Position numbers and translations under genes: made by a program
Shown here: piece after piece, positions 49,036 through 60,410 of the stretch
Position numbering within the stretch: position 1 is the stretch's first letter
Layout: each line of letters begins with the position of its first letter
Notes under the pieces: model-generated
Seen by the model: the letters and a program-made list of their open reading frames with translations, nothing else
Told to the model about the DNA's origin: nothing
The model's database searches: none
Assembly (NCBI GenBank): GCA_002269645.1
Contig: NIVC01002593.1
Span: 1 to 64,000, forward strand
Direction: 5' to 3'
DNA length: 64,000 nt
Source of the DNA: Macrostomum lignano
Lineage: Eukaryota

Positions 49036-50880
49036 AAACTTTAGGTATATAAATAAAATAATTCTGAGTGTTCTATTTTTATGAAAAATTTGCCAGGAGA
49101 CAGATTTGGGTGCCTAATATGCGAAAATGATAAAAGTATGAAAATTTGCTTTTGATGCTTGGTCAATTTGTTTTCTCATGTTTTAAATAAGGACTGCGTG
49201 TTCTCATGTTTTAAATAATGGAACAGCAAAAAGAATAATTCAATAAAAATAAAAATAAACACATTTGTTTAGAAAATACTACAATTGTGACATGTTTACT
49301 TATTGGCAGACTGAATAAAAAAGACATCATATAATGCTATGGTAGAAATTTTCATGATATAGACAGACATAGAATTGTTTTGTGTGGAACAACCAAGGGA
49401 TAGAGTGAGGATAGAAAACCCCAAGGGGGTTGGAATTGGCAAGTCACAATGATATAATATACATTATACAAATCTCTAAGATCTATCTAACTGGTATTTC
49501 AGTCTCATGCCTGAATGCCTAAATCAATTTTTTCAAACTTGTTTTATTCAAATAGAAATTCTTATAAAATTAAAAAATTGAATAGGAAGATGTTTAAATA
49601 TTTCAAAAACATGCTTTTTTGCAAAGGTGAAACAATTTTTTTACTTAAAATGCATTATAAGAAACTTGATTGACTGAATTGCAATTACACTTAAGATTTC
49701 AATACAACTTTTTTTCTTTTCATTGTGTAGGCCTCAATACTAGCTATAGTGTGCAAGGGAAAGAAAAATACTCAGTTGCTGCATATGTATATTCTGACCT
49801 TGGCTGACTAGTAGACTGTATAGACAATTGCTATTTATATATTTCATTTAACTATGCATTGCTTCTGCCTACACACAACCTGTGCATACAAAAGTAATCT
49901 GTTACTATTATATACTTGATTGCTGTGCCACAGCATATGAGGCTAATTTTCTTGCCCTCAAATCAATAGGTGGAATAGCCTTATTGTAGGCACTGGGGTT
50001 AAGTTTAGGCTAGGCATAGGGTCCCAGGTTTGAATAAACTTTCTAGCAGACATTTAAAATTAAATTAATTCATATATTTGTAGCTTGTGCCTCAACTAAT
50101 TAGAAAATTATTGTTTGATGAATTATGAATTATTTTTGCTATTTGGCACAAGTTGCTAAGCAAATTTGACTTGTAAAAAACTGCTTTGAACATTTCTAAT
50201 TGAATTAATGGGTATTTGCCCATTAGTAATGAAATTGCTAAACTACAAATGATATTGCTAAACTGTTGAAGGTACTGCTAAATGCTAAGTTGTGCTAGAT
50301 TGCCAATATATATAAAAATAGAAAAGTAAGTCATACTAAATTTTCATTCAAAATTTTTAGATCATTCTAAGGATCATTACTATTTGCTAAGGATTCTAAA
50401 AAGCTGGCTGAGAGGAAAATTGCAGACTACTGAGAGGATAAATGAGAATTTTTAAGGGAACTGTTGTAGGCTGCAAATGGACTATAGACTATTAAGGAGA
50501 TCTGCAGATTGTTGAAAAGATCATTGTAGACTTCAAAGGGGACAACTGCAAAATGCTAAGGCAGTTCCTCTATACCTATGAATGCATAGCTGCCAACTGC
50601 TAAGGGATAACTATAGACTATTTTGAGGATAATGACAGACTTAAGGAGGATAGTTATAGTTTTGAGTGGATAGTAATAATGGAAGATTAAATGCAGGTTT
50701 ATGAGGGATTAATGCAACTATGAGTTACTAAGTGAATTATTGTGGTTTGCTAAGAAGAAAAATTTAGGCTGTTGAAATGATAAATTCTTAATGTTAATAA
50801 AGGCTTTAGACTGCAAAGGGGATAACTATATGCTGCTAAGAGTATGATAGCAATCTGGGATTAAAAGAGATAGAATAGAA

Positions 50881-51155
50881 CATACATGCGCAACTCCCCT
50901 GATTTGCACTGGCCATGCGACTTACTTTTTGACCAAAAATGCGACTTACCTATGAAAGAAACCTAAAGCAAAATTAATGCAGTTTCGGGTAAACGGCAGA
51001 AGTAACTATGACTGTCTTATCAGGCCTAAATGCCTCGGCATCTAATTAGTACTACATCCGTATTCTTTGGGGTAGCATTTTTGCAACTTACCCCTGGTCT
51101 ACCACAATTTATGGTAGCCAGATCGGCCAGGTTGGCCAGCAGTTGCGCATGTATG
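50881..51155. mobile_element. 275-bp P/hAT-type MITE with 15-bp TIRs and 8-bp TSD GAATAGAA
   Basis: CATACATGCGCAACT ... AGTTGCGCATGTATG; TSD at 50873-50880 and 51156-51163; the right end matches the right end of the MITE at 46848. Confidence 0.9.
50986..51050 (+). pseudogene. 65-bp 28S rRNA-derived fragment (segment containing the R2 / I-PpoI target)
   Basis: CGGGTAAACGGCAGAAGTAACTATGACTGTCTTATCAGGCCTAAATGCCTCGGCATCTAATTAGT vs conserved 28S CGGGTAAACGGCGGGAGTAACTATGACTCTCTTAAGGTAGCCAAATGCCTCGTCATCTAATTAGT (recalled): 54/65 ungapped identity. Confidence 0.88.
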
Positions 51156-51900
51156 GAATAGAATATTGTAAGGATATCTCAATAGATATCAGAATAAAAA
51201 ATAAAAAATAAAGAATGGGCAACTATCATTGATGCCTTCATACTTTAAAAAGTGATAAGCTATGCTCTTTTTGTTTTGATGTCTATGATCATGATTCACT
51301 TTTTATAATCAATTAATTGCTAATCCAAAGTAGTGATTTAACTGAATATTCTAAATCCAAAAATGTTTCACTTTTCTAGAAAAAAATATTTACATTTAGA
51401 ATTTTTTTAAATTTCTAAATGTGCTTTTAAATATAAATATAGTATAAGCCTTAGACAAATAGAATCTTGTTAGTCAATTTATGGGGCACTAATTAGATCA
51501 TTAATTAGATGATAAGGTATTTTTCATAAAAGTTTTATAGTCATTCCCACTGTTTAATTTTAACTTTGTGCTTATATTTAGAAATGTATTTAGATTTTTT
51601 TTTTATTTTGATTTTAATTTCAATTTTTTGTATATTTAGATTTGGTTTTGAAAAAATCTATCCAAACATGTCTTCCGTGTGTTCTGAGGGAGGGGGCACT
51701 GGATATACATTATTATACTTCTAACTATTTCGACTACCATTCCGTCCCTGGACTTTGCCTCTTGGCTTTTGGACTAATAAACATGTACTTTGAATATCAA
51801 ATATTAAATACTGATTGAATTTACAACCCCAAAAATAATGTATTTATTGCCGTTCTCACTCGTTTTTTCTGCTCAAAAATAAACCTAGCCTGAAGATGCA

Positions 51901-53082
51901 CAGTAGGGGGCAACCGGGACAGCCAAAGTTGGGCCCAGGTCAGGCCCGGGAATGAGGACTCGGGCCTGGGTCGGGCCTCGGGAATTCGGGACAAGATCTT
52001 TAGGACAGCTCAATAATTGGAAAAAAATCATAATAAATCTTAATACTTTTAGCATATGCGGATTACTTTTAAAATATAATAAATATATGATAAACATTAA
52101 ATATATGATAATATATAAATATATTAAATATATAATAAATATTATTATTATTTAATACATTAGTTAAGACTTCAGAATAGATAAGAGTTACATTAAAAGA
52201 CTTAATACTCAAATATCAATATACTCAATAGTTCAAATTCAATGTCACTGTGTGGCACAAGTACTGTGTGTGTGCCAGTGACACTGACACTAACAGGCAG
52301 TGAGGTAGGCAAGCAGGCACTGCGGCAGTGCGGCTGGCACTGGCAGTGGCAGTAAGCAAAAAGAAGAAAAGCTAAAGCATTAAGTGTAAGGCACTTGGCA
52401 TTGGAAGCAGTAAGGAAGTAAGAACCAAATCAATTGATTGATTCTTTTATTTGAATTTTTAGTTCCTTTACATAGCTTCAATGTAAAGAGCCATGTACAC
52501 AGTCAGTATTCAGTAAGACAACAAGACAAGACAACAGAACAGAACACAAATGAAGTGACAACACAACACTCAACTGTCTCAACAGAATAGGCAAACAGAC
52601 AATGGAAATACAAGTAATTAGCTGATACCTGCCTACCTGCTCACCTACCTACCTAAACAAATATGATTATGAATACGATACTATGAGTCTATGACTACGA
52701 CTACCTATGAATACGATACAAATATGAACACAATTACAAACTCTGATAGATAGCAAACTTCTTGGAAAAATGGTAGCCTTGGCCCTTAATAGGTACTTCT
52801 TAGAATGTAAATAGGAAATGTTATTTACAAAAGCTTAAAAATGACAAATCAACTTTTTAAAGAATCATATTTTTGCTTTTAGGCTGCAGCCTGCAGCGTG
52901 TAAAGTGGAATCAATATTGCAAAAAAGTGCAATTTGCATGCGGTTAGTGCCTTTAGGGAAAAAAGACTTGTCCCGATTTCCCGACTCTTATAGGGTCGGG
53001 CCTAGGCCCGGGTCGGGCCACAATTTTGGTCAGGATTCCCGACTTTTCGGGCCCAGGCCTGGGACTGGGTCGCCCCCTAATG
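51901..53082. mobile_element. Non-autonomous Tc1/pogo-like element with GC-rich GGGCCC subterminal arms
   Basis: CAGTAGGGGGCAACC vs inverted CATTAGGGGGCGACC; cgggacaagatctt / aagacttgtcccg inner arms; AT-rich centre. Confidence 0.65.
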
Positions 53083-55963
53083 TACAGTTTTGTGTGAAAT
53101 GCGTTGTTATAAATTTAATGTTGATTTTTGCCTTCCTATAAATCTATATTTGGTCTATCACCATAGTTAAGATCATGGCATACCTATATTACAATAAATC
53201 TTATCAAAAAAGTTTGATTGCACCTTGCCTCACAACAAATCTTATCAAATAAGTTTATTGCACTATATGTCATAAACATTTTTATAAAAATATAGGAGCA
53301 TAAATATATATTCATTTTCCAATTGACATTTAGATTTACATTCAAAGTTTTAAAAAGCCAATATAACTTTTTTACTTAATAAAATGCCTTAAAATTTTAT
53401 AAAAACTGACAAAAACCAATAAAACTTATATTTGAATTCTTTTCAAAGAAAATACAATGTTAACATTTAATTGAAAAAGCTATTTGCAAAAATATTGTCT
53501 GACTAAAAGGTTTTGTCTTGCACTAAGACCAAATTATACCAAAATTTGTCTTAGGCCTAAACTGTCTTACACTATATTGCACCAGATTCCCCTCCTCCTT
53601 GCTGCCTGCTGTTGTGGCAAAATGTGCTTGTATGGCACACATTCAATGCCTTTTTGCACTAGAATTTTCCATGAAAAAGGCCATCTTCCTCATCCTGACT
53701 ATGGTTAAATGGGTCTAAGCCTATCACTAATCCACTAATCCAAAGTAACAAATACTTATATGGATTATAAATTATAAAAATTCAACACTTTATTTGAAGA
53801 AAAATATATCAAAAGCTTTTTCAAAAGTGGTGGGCAGGTACTACTGATGCCCCCCCTACTTAAAAATGGGATGGGCCCTTCTCATTCCAATACTTATGTC
53901 ATCATATAGATATATCAATAGACATTAGGATGTTGACTACATCGCCAACATTAGATTGCTGCATGGCCAAAATATAGCAATAAAAGGATTGATGTCATTT
54001 TCTCCTGACCCCAACCAAGTCAGGCCTAGACTTACCAGAGATGACAGAGAATTGTAAGAAAAAAGTCGGTTTCGAAATACTTTGTTAAACAAAATCATGT
54101 TATAATTTGCTAAAATGCAGTCAATGCTCCAGCTATTAAAACAGCCCACTTTTTTGCAGAAAAATTCTAGGAAATTACTTGCAGTATGTTTGTGTGATTG
54201 TGCTCTACTGACATGTTAATATATAATAAAAAGCGGGTCGCGCTGTCGGTGATTCTTGGGTAATTTTATATAATTAAAATTTCGATTTATCTTGATGAAC
54301 TTGTAAAGAAAATTCTGTTCCAGCAAAGTGTTGCTGTCTACTATGAATATTTGCACTTTTTTAATGTATTTAAAATAATGCTTACGTCTCTATTCTTTTC
54401 TTCGCGTCTGTGTTAAACTTTGACAGCAACGGGTTTCCCCTTTGAGTAACACCTGGGCGTTTCTGTCTCTTTCCTTCTGTTTTTGGAATTTTCTTCCTTT
54501 CTAGTTTTGTCCAGCTATTCATGTGTTATATTTCTCACCTAATTTTTGCGTTTTAATCTAGTTTGATTTTTTCTCTACAGCTGTACGTTTACATAAACTA
54601 ACTGCATATACCACGTACGCGTAACTGCACCGTATGGTTCTATGACTCTTACCCCATGCCATGCAGGGACAACTAAAAGTACGTAGAGAAAAAATCAAAC
54701 AAGATTAGTTGTCCCTGCCCCATGCATTTGACAGGCCTGACAATTACTGACTGTATGCGGAGGGCTTTCCATACTTACTATATAAAACGTTTGCATTTCC
54801 AAGACCCTGCATACATGTACATTTGTATTTTATGCATGTGAATGTAGAAAAGTTATTTATTTCTACTACTATGCATACTAGAGTACTGAATTTAGGGAAA
54901 AGACATGATCAAATTACATTGGGCCTTTTAATATTGGTCCGGTTCAAGTATTTGCAGATCATGCAGATCCTATATTTGCAAAGCATGTACATGTATTAAC
55001 TCTCTGTATCTTAAACTAGAGGGGTTACGTGCTATAAGTTGTAATTACATTGTATTGAATGGCAATAGCCAAGAAGAAAGTCAAAATTGTGTAAAGTGAG
55101 GCTGTTAAGGCAGTAAAAAATTCAACAAAAGTTAATTATAGTATTTAAATATTGTTTTTTTGGGAGATCGGAACCTACATGTATTCTGCATGGTTCTGGA
55201 ATTGGTAAAATGTTAAAAGCCTCATTATTGAGAGAATGCATTCAAGCGTGTGCTCTAAATGAGGCTTTAACCAAGCACTATAATAAAGAATACATGTACA
55301 GGAAACGTCGTTTCTTATAAAAAAATTGGGGCTTTCCATTAGCTTCCAATGAAAAAACTATCGCTATTTTCATGCCGAAAAATAAAAAGCTCCTATGTTC
55401 GTAGCAGATAACTGAGTCATGCCGAAAAATAAATAGCTCCTATGTTCGTAGCAGATAACCGAGAACCGAGTCTTCTCTGCATGTCCTGTTGTGTCCTTAA
55501 GCACACGCGTGCTTGTCGTCCTTGAACGTTTAGTTTACCGCAATAGACAAATTCTCTCGAGCAGGATCCGTGCTAGTAGCTATGTATATGTAACATGCAC
55601 ATGTACGTACATGTACATGTATGGCCCAGGGCGGGGCCGATAGCCATGCCAATGGGATCAAAGGCCGATATATCGATACTGATCGCGGACACCGGCCACT
55701 CAACCCTTACTCTAAACTGTATCGGTAGTCGATAGCAGAATTATTAATTTATTATACATTTTACATGTACGTATATACATTTCAGTTGTCCGGGTTTGAT
55801 CGAATTGACTTTGCAGGGACAGAGAGAGCTAGCTAGTGAATTGTGGAGCGAGCAGCGGGGGGCCAAATAATGGGACGCGAGAGAAGCCATTGCAGGGTAG
55901 AATTGAGAAACACAGGGTTAGGAGGCCGTGGTGCCGCCCTCATGGTTGGTGGGAAAAACGCTG

Positions 55964-56737
55964 GGGTGGATTTCATGAGAAAACTACAAGTGAGAAAAGT
56001 GACAATTAAGTGACACAGCTTTTACAAAACGCTTGACAACTATTGAAAGTGCTCGCTCGAAATTCCATGTCTATGTGCAAAAATGATCTAAATCTCGTCG
56101 AAGATGTTTTTATCCCTATTAGTCATTTGAATTTTGACTTATTTTCCCTATTTTAAATGAAGCACAAAGAAGCCGAGTCTTTCTTTTAGATTGATTATTT
56201 TTATAGTGGGGCGGTCCTGCATGTTTGGGAAGCTTGCTCAATCAACCAATTGTCCTCATCCTCAATATCGCTAAACATGCATCACGCTGATCGATCACAA
56301 AAACTGATAGTGAAGCTTGGATGCACCAATGTGCTCCAGAGCATTCCAGTGATTGCTTGGTCACAAAAGCGTATAGTCTATGTCTACAAGTGGTCAGGAG
56401 AGCACTTGAAAATTAAATATAGTCTCCTGTTACTTGCAACTTGTCGATTTGTCATTTAATCCCCGCTTTGGCCCGGCCAGCTGCCTATCTCCTCTGTGTG
56501 TGTATAAGATAATCCCCACTTGATTTCGTTTCTTTGGCCTAGGAACGAAATCAAGTGGGGATTATAATATTTACGCTTCGCCTCGGCCTAGAAACGCAGT
56601 CCTCAGCCGTTCCTAGGCCAAAGAAACGAAATCAAGTGGGGATTATCTTATACTTAATCTCATGAAACGCATTACTTGTCGGAGTTGTCACCAATTGTCA
56701 CTTGTAATTTGTCTAAGTGGCTTCATGAAATCCACCC
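55964..56737. mobile_element. Non-autonomous TIR element (possibly PIF/Harbinger-like)
   Basis: GGGTGGATTTCATGA ... TCATGAAATCCACCC termini with subterminal aagtgacaatt / aattgtcactt motifs; no clean TSD. Confidence 0.6.
56502..56653. mobile_element. 152-bp MITE with perfect 46-bp TIRs nested in the element above
   Basis: gtataagataatccccacttgatttcgtttctttggcctaggaacg and its exact inverted copy at 56608-56653. Confidence 0.88.
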
Positions 56738-57400
56738 TGGAGGGTAAGCATCGCGGCAGGCAAATTTATGCGCAAACACGGTACATGTATGCTAGTACAT
56801 GTCATGGTGCCTAGAGGGGGCGCACCTACATGTATTTCTGGTGGACACCCCCTACATATATTTCTCAGTGCACAGTCTGGTGGCGCCCGGCCTACCCCTG
56901 TCTTCTAGCGCAATTCCACGACATCTAATACACTGTAGGTGCAAAGTTGAGCCCTGTCATTCGTCGAGCTTGCGCTGGTTGCATGTTGCCTCTCATTCAG
57001 TTGTTAGCGGATGGAACTTTTTATGGGAGCGGTACTTTTGTAGGGGTGGGGGGATTAGATAAGCGTTAGACGTCCTTCTTTAGCTACTCTGACCTCGTGG
57101 TCTGTTATTTCAGATACATTTTGCACATGATTAGCGATGCAAAGTTTTGATTTTTCTGCATAGGTTTTATAATTGTCATAGAAAAAATCTCAAACTATAT
57201 CTTTTCGGAGCACAAGCAATGCAAATTTATAGTGAGACTTATTAAAGTCTAAAAATCAATATAAAAATAGATAAAGTATACTTGTAGAGCAAAAATTTTG
57301 CGCCAATAAGAATTCCCAAGTTACAAGATGAACTAGAAAAAAAAAACATATTCCGTATATCTGTTTCCGGTTGACGAAATTGTAATTGGCGCTCTCTCGC

Positions 57401-57936
57401 TCATGACCTCAGCTTGCCAGTAAGCGTTGCGCACATAACAGTCAGAATGGCACTGAGAATGCAGAGCCCCAGATTCAGTAGTACCTGGACGCCGCTACCG
57501 ACTCCATTCAGCACGTCATTCGTCTTCATGTAATAGTTGGTCTCGAATCCTCTGCCGATGGCTTCGCCCAGCGAGAATAGGACGCTGATTCCACAGACGG
57601 CGCACGCCATGCTACGCGGGTTTTTAAATGGTCAATAGAGACGTCCTTAACTGTGTAGGCTGTTGCGCCTGCGCAGATGTGGAGGATGCGTAACACAGTG
57701 TACAGGAAGCTGAGGTACCATAGGGACGGGAAGACTCCATTGAAGATAATTGTGAAAAGCTTGGCGCACAGCAGCAGCAGAGTGAGGAGGCTGTTTATGC
57801 CGGACAGCGTGAGGTGCACAATGCTTGTCCGGTAAATGGGCATTCTCAGATCCATAATGCTGCTGTCAGTGTCAGTCTGACTCGGGTCCTCCTGAGTTTC
57901 GAGCGACTCCACTGTGACAGTTTCCACGCTGGACAT
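57401..57936 (-). pseudogene. Four-TM (MS4A/tetraspan-like topology) gene with a 1-nt frameshift at a homopolymer (pseudogene or sequencing error)
   Basis: ORF 57526-57936 carries TM1-2 and ORF 57401-57610 carries TM3-4; adding one A to the A5 run (plus-strand T run 57621-57625) fuses them (HLKNPRSMACAVC), ~178 aa. Confidence 0.7.
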
Positions 57937-58988
57937 TTCTCTCGCTTATTTTTCTCACAGATTGGCCCGCTTCTCCTTGGAAATGCATACGCAGCATGCA
58001 TTCTATTTGTTCCATTTGGTCTACTTGCGACACAGCTTAATTAAGCTCAATCCACCTTATCAAGCTCTTTCCAACTGATATCGCCATAGCCTATGCTGTC
58101 CACTGAAGCAGCCAGTGAAAGAGCTTTTAGAATAGGAATGGGACCGGTGGACAGATTTCAGCAGACACTGGCAGTGACGAAGCGTGTACATGTAAGCATT
58201 ATATCGAGCTTTTCAAACATTCGAAGACAACTATAAATTTAAAATGCAGGAATGAACTTCACATGGTACGTACTTGTCCATGCAGTATGCTGGTATGGCT
58301 TGTCTGGCACGTCTCGTGGCTCAGATAAGAAGGGTAGTTTAGATGTTTTTAGTCCAGGTGTGAAGATACAAAAATGTACTTGCGACCAGCAGAAATGAGA
58401 TTGAAATGACGAGTACTTTTGCAGAGTATTAATTTTCTGAAATCTTTTTTTTCTTGAAACTGGTGAACAGAGCTGCTCAACTTCCAAGTAAATTGTGCAT
58501 TTTAAACTTACCTAGGCTGTATAAATTCAAGGTACCTGCATATGGGGGCTGTGAGCTTTGATATTTTCTGCTTAGATATACATGTACACATGTAGCTATT
58601 CTTTAAAGCAGTTAAAAGTTACCTAGGTCTTACTGGTCGATAAACAAAATTGTTCATGCGCGAAAGTCCCGAACGGCAGAAACGAAAAACTAATCTAACT
58701 GCGGCCTATAATACACCAGTGTACGCTCATACTCCGATCTGTGACTATCACCCATATACTAAAATGGTCTTCAAAATATTGGTGGGAAGGTCTTAGAATT
58801 GGTTGTCAGAGTTGTAGAGATTTAGGGGACAATTAAGTGGCATGGCATATGAATGCAGCTCACTGATGTACCCCTGCATGTATTCTATATAGAAATGAAA
58901 ACCCACAAGAAAAAATGCATTTGATACGCAGTTACCATCGAAACGTTTTGATCGGGTCAAATCTCTTTATAAGACAATTACTAAGCAT

Positions 58989-59200
58989 TAGGGAGGCATG
59001 GCAGACAAAACCTGCCGCGTGATTAAATGCGCTGCAGGAAAAGAAGCATTGCGGGCAAACCTCGGCGGGAAAAAATTCGGTGGGCAATTTGCTCGCGAGC
59101 AATTCACTTGCGGGCAAATCTCGGAGGGCAATTCTCGGCTGGAAAAGCTCGACGGGCAAATCTCAGCGGGGAATCCGTCTGCGGGCAATTCTCGTGCTCC
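58989..59200. repeat. Short element of ~15-bp GCGGGCAAA-type tandem units bounded by GGGAG..CTCCC
   Basis: Repeated gcgggcaaa / gggcaattc motifs; short inverted termini; no TSD match. Confidence 0.55.
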
Positions 59201-59864
59201 CGTGTGAGAGCTGAGCAATGGGAAAAAAGATGAAAAGCGGCTCAGAGCTTTCGAGATGAAGACCTACAGACCTACAGAAAGGAAATTTGGGCACGTTGCG
59301 AGAAGTGATGGAGTGCTGAGTCTGTGGTTGAAGGTGGTGGAAAGGTGGAAGGTGGACGAAAGGGCAGAGTCAGGCCACAATGGGACTGGACGGACAATCT
59401 GAAGGAGTGGAGTCAAAAGAGGGTGGTGCAGCTGATGAGGATGGCCTTATATGTAGATCGAACGAGGTAGAGAGTCGCTGTCGAGAAATGGATGCATCAA
59501 CGGCCATTGTCTACGGACCTGATGATGATGATGGTGACACAAAAATTACCGTATCGGACACCACCTGGAGCAGCGTTTCAGCGCAGAGCGCCTTCAGTGC
59601 CTCATTCAGACTTATTGATGAGGCACGTCCTGGGCCCACCACTAATTTTGCGCACCCTCCCTTTCTCCCCTGTGATTCTGGTGACACATGATTATCGCCC
59701 ACCCCACTCGATACCCGCGCACCAGTGCCCCACCACCTTTCTATTGTTCGAAATCATTCATGCGTGTGACAGTTTTGACCCACTATCTCATTAAGCTCTT
59801 TCCCACCTTTTACGTAATCCCCCATCATAAATCATTTTTCTCCGCTGCGCCCCACCCCTATTTT

Positions 59865-60410
59865 TCATCCAATCACAGCGCGGCTGGTGGGTGACGTCAT
59901 CACGGTTGCTTGGTAACAGAGGCCAAGGACAAGCCACGGCCTTCTATTTTCGCGTTGCGTAACTCAGGGCTATGAATAGGAGCCCGCTTTAAGCCCTGAG
60001 CGGCTACTCTCGAGGCGACACGTCTTGATTTTATTCTTCCTCCCTCTTTCTTTCTTTCATTCCTTTTCCCTCCGTCTCTCCGGCCCCTTTGCTTTAACCT
60101 CCCTTTCTGACGTGTTTTGATTGGACTGATCATCCGTGACTGCAGCCGCCGCCGTGACCATCCGACGACCACCGCGCCAAATAGCCCTGCCCGTCGGCCG
60201 CGTCTGTAAGGTACTCGTATTTTTCCTCTGTTGCGCTGCCCTTGGGTATCGTTAGCCCGGTCTCCCCCCATTGCTCACGATTTCTTAATCTTTTAATCTT
60301 AACTTATTCCGTTTTTCCGAACTGTTAGGGCCATAGTTCAAGGCGTTAGCTATTGAACTCTGTTGCTTCTGTCTGTTTACACTTATTTACCAGGAATCGT
60401 GGTATGAAGC
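59865..60410 (+). promoter_or_regulatory. Candidate promoter, non-coding first exon (donor at 60211) and 17-nt ATG microexon (60394-60410)
   Basis: CCAAT 59869, CRE TGACGTCA 59892-59899, CpG-rich pyrimidine leader, aag|gtactc donor, tttaccag|GAATCGTGGTATGAAGC|gtgagt. Confidence 0.4.

Noticed and set aside
54386-54522. Minus-strand ATG exon with gtaagc donor as PMPCB exon 1
   Set aside because: Phase 2 is incompatible with the phase-0 acceptor, and the peptide is not presequence-like; 49021-49035 fits better.
59380-60271. ORFs 59380-59691 (+) and 59900-60271 (-)
   Set aside because: No recognisable domain; the second is the purine-rich antisense of a pyrimidine-rich leader.
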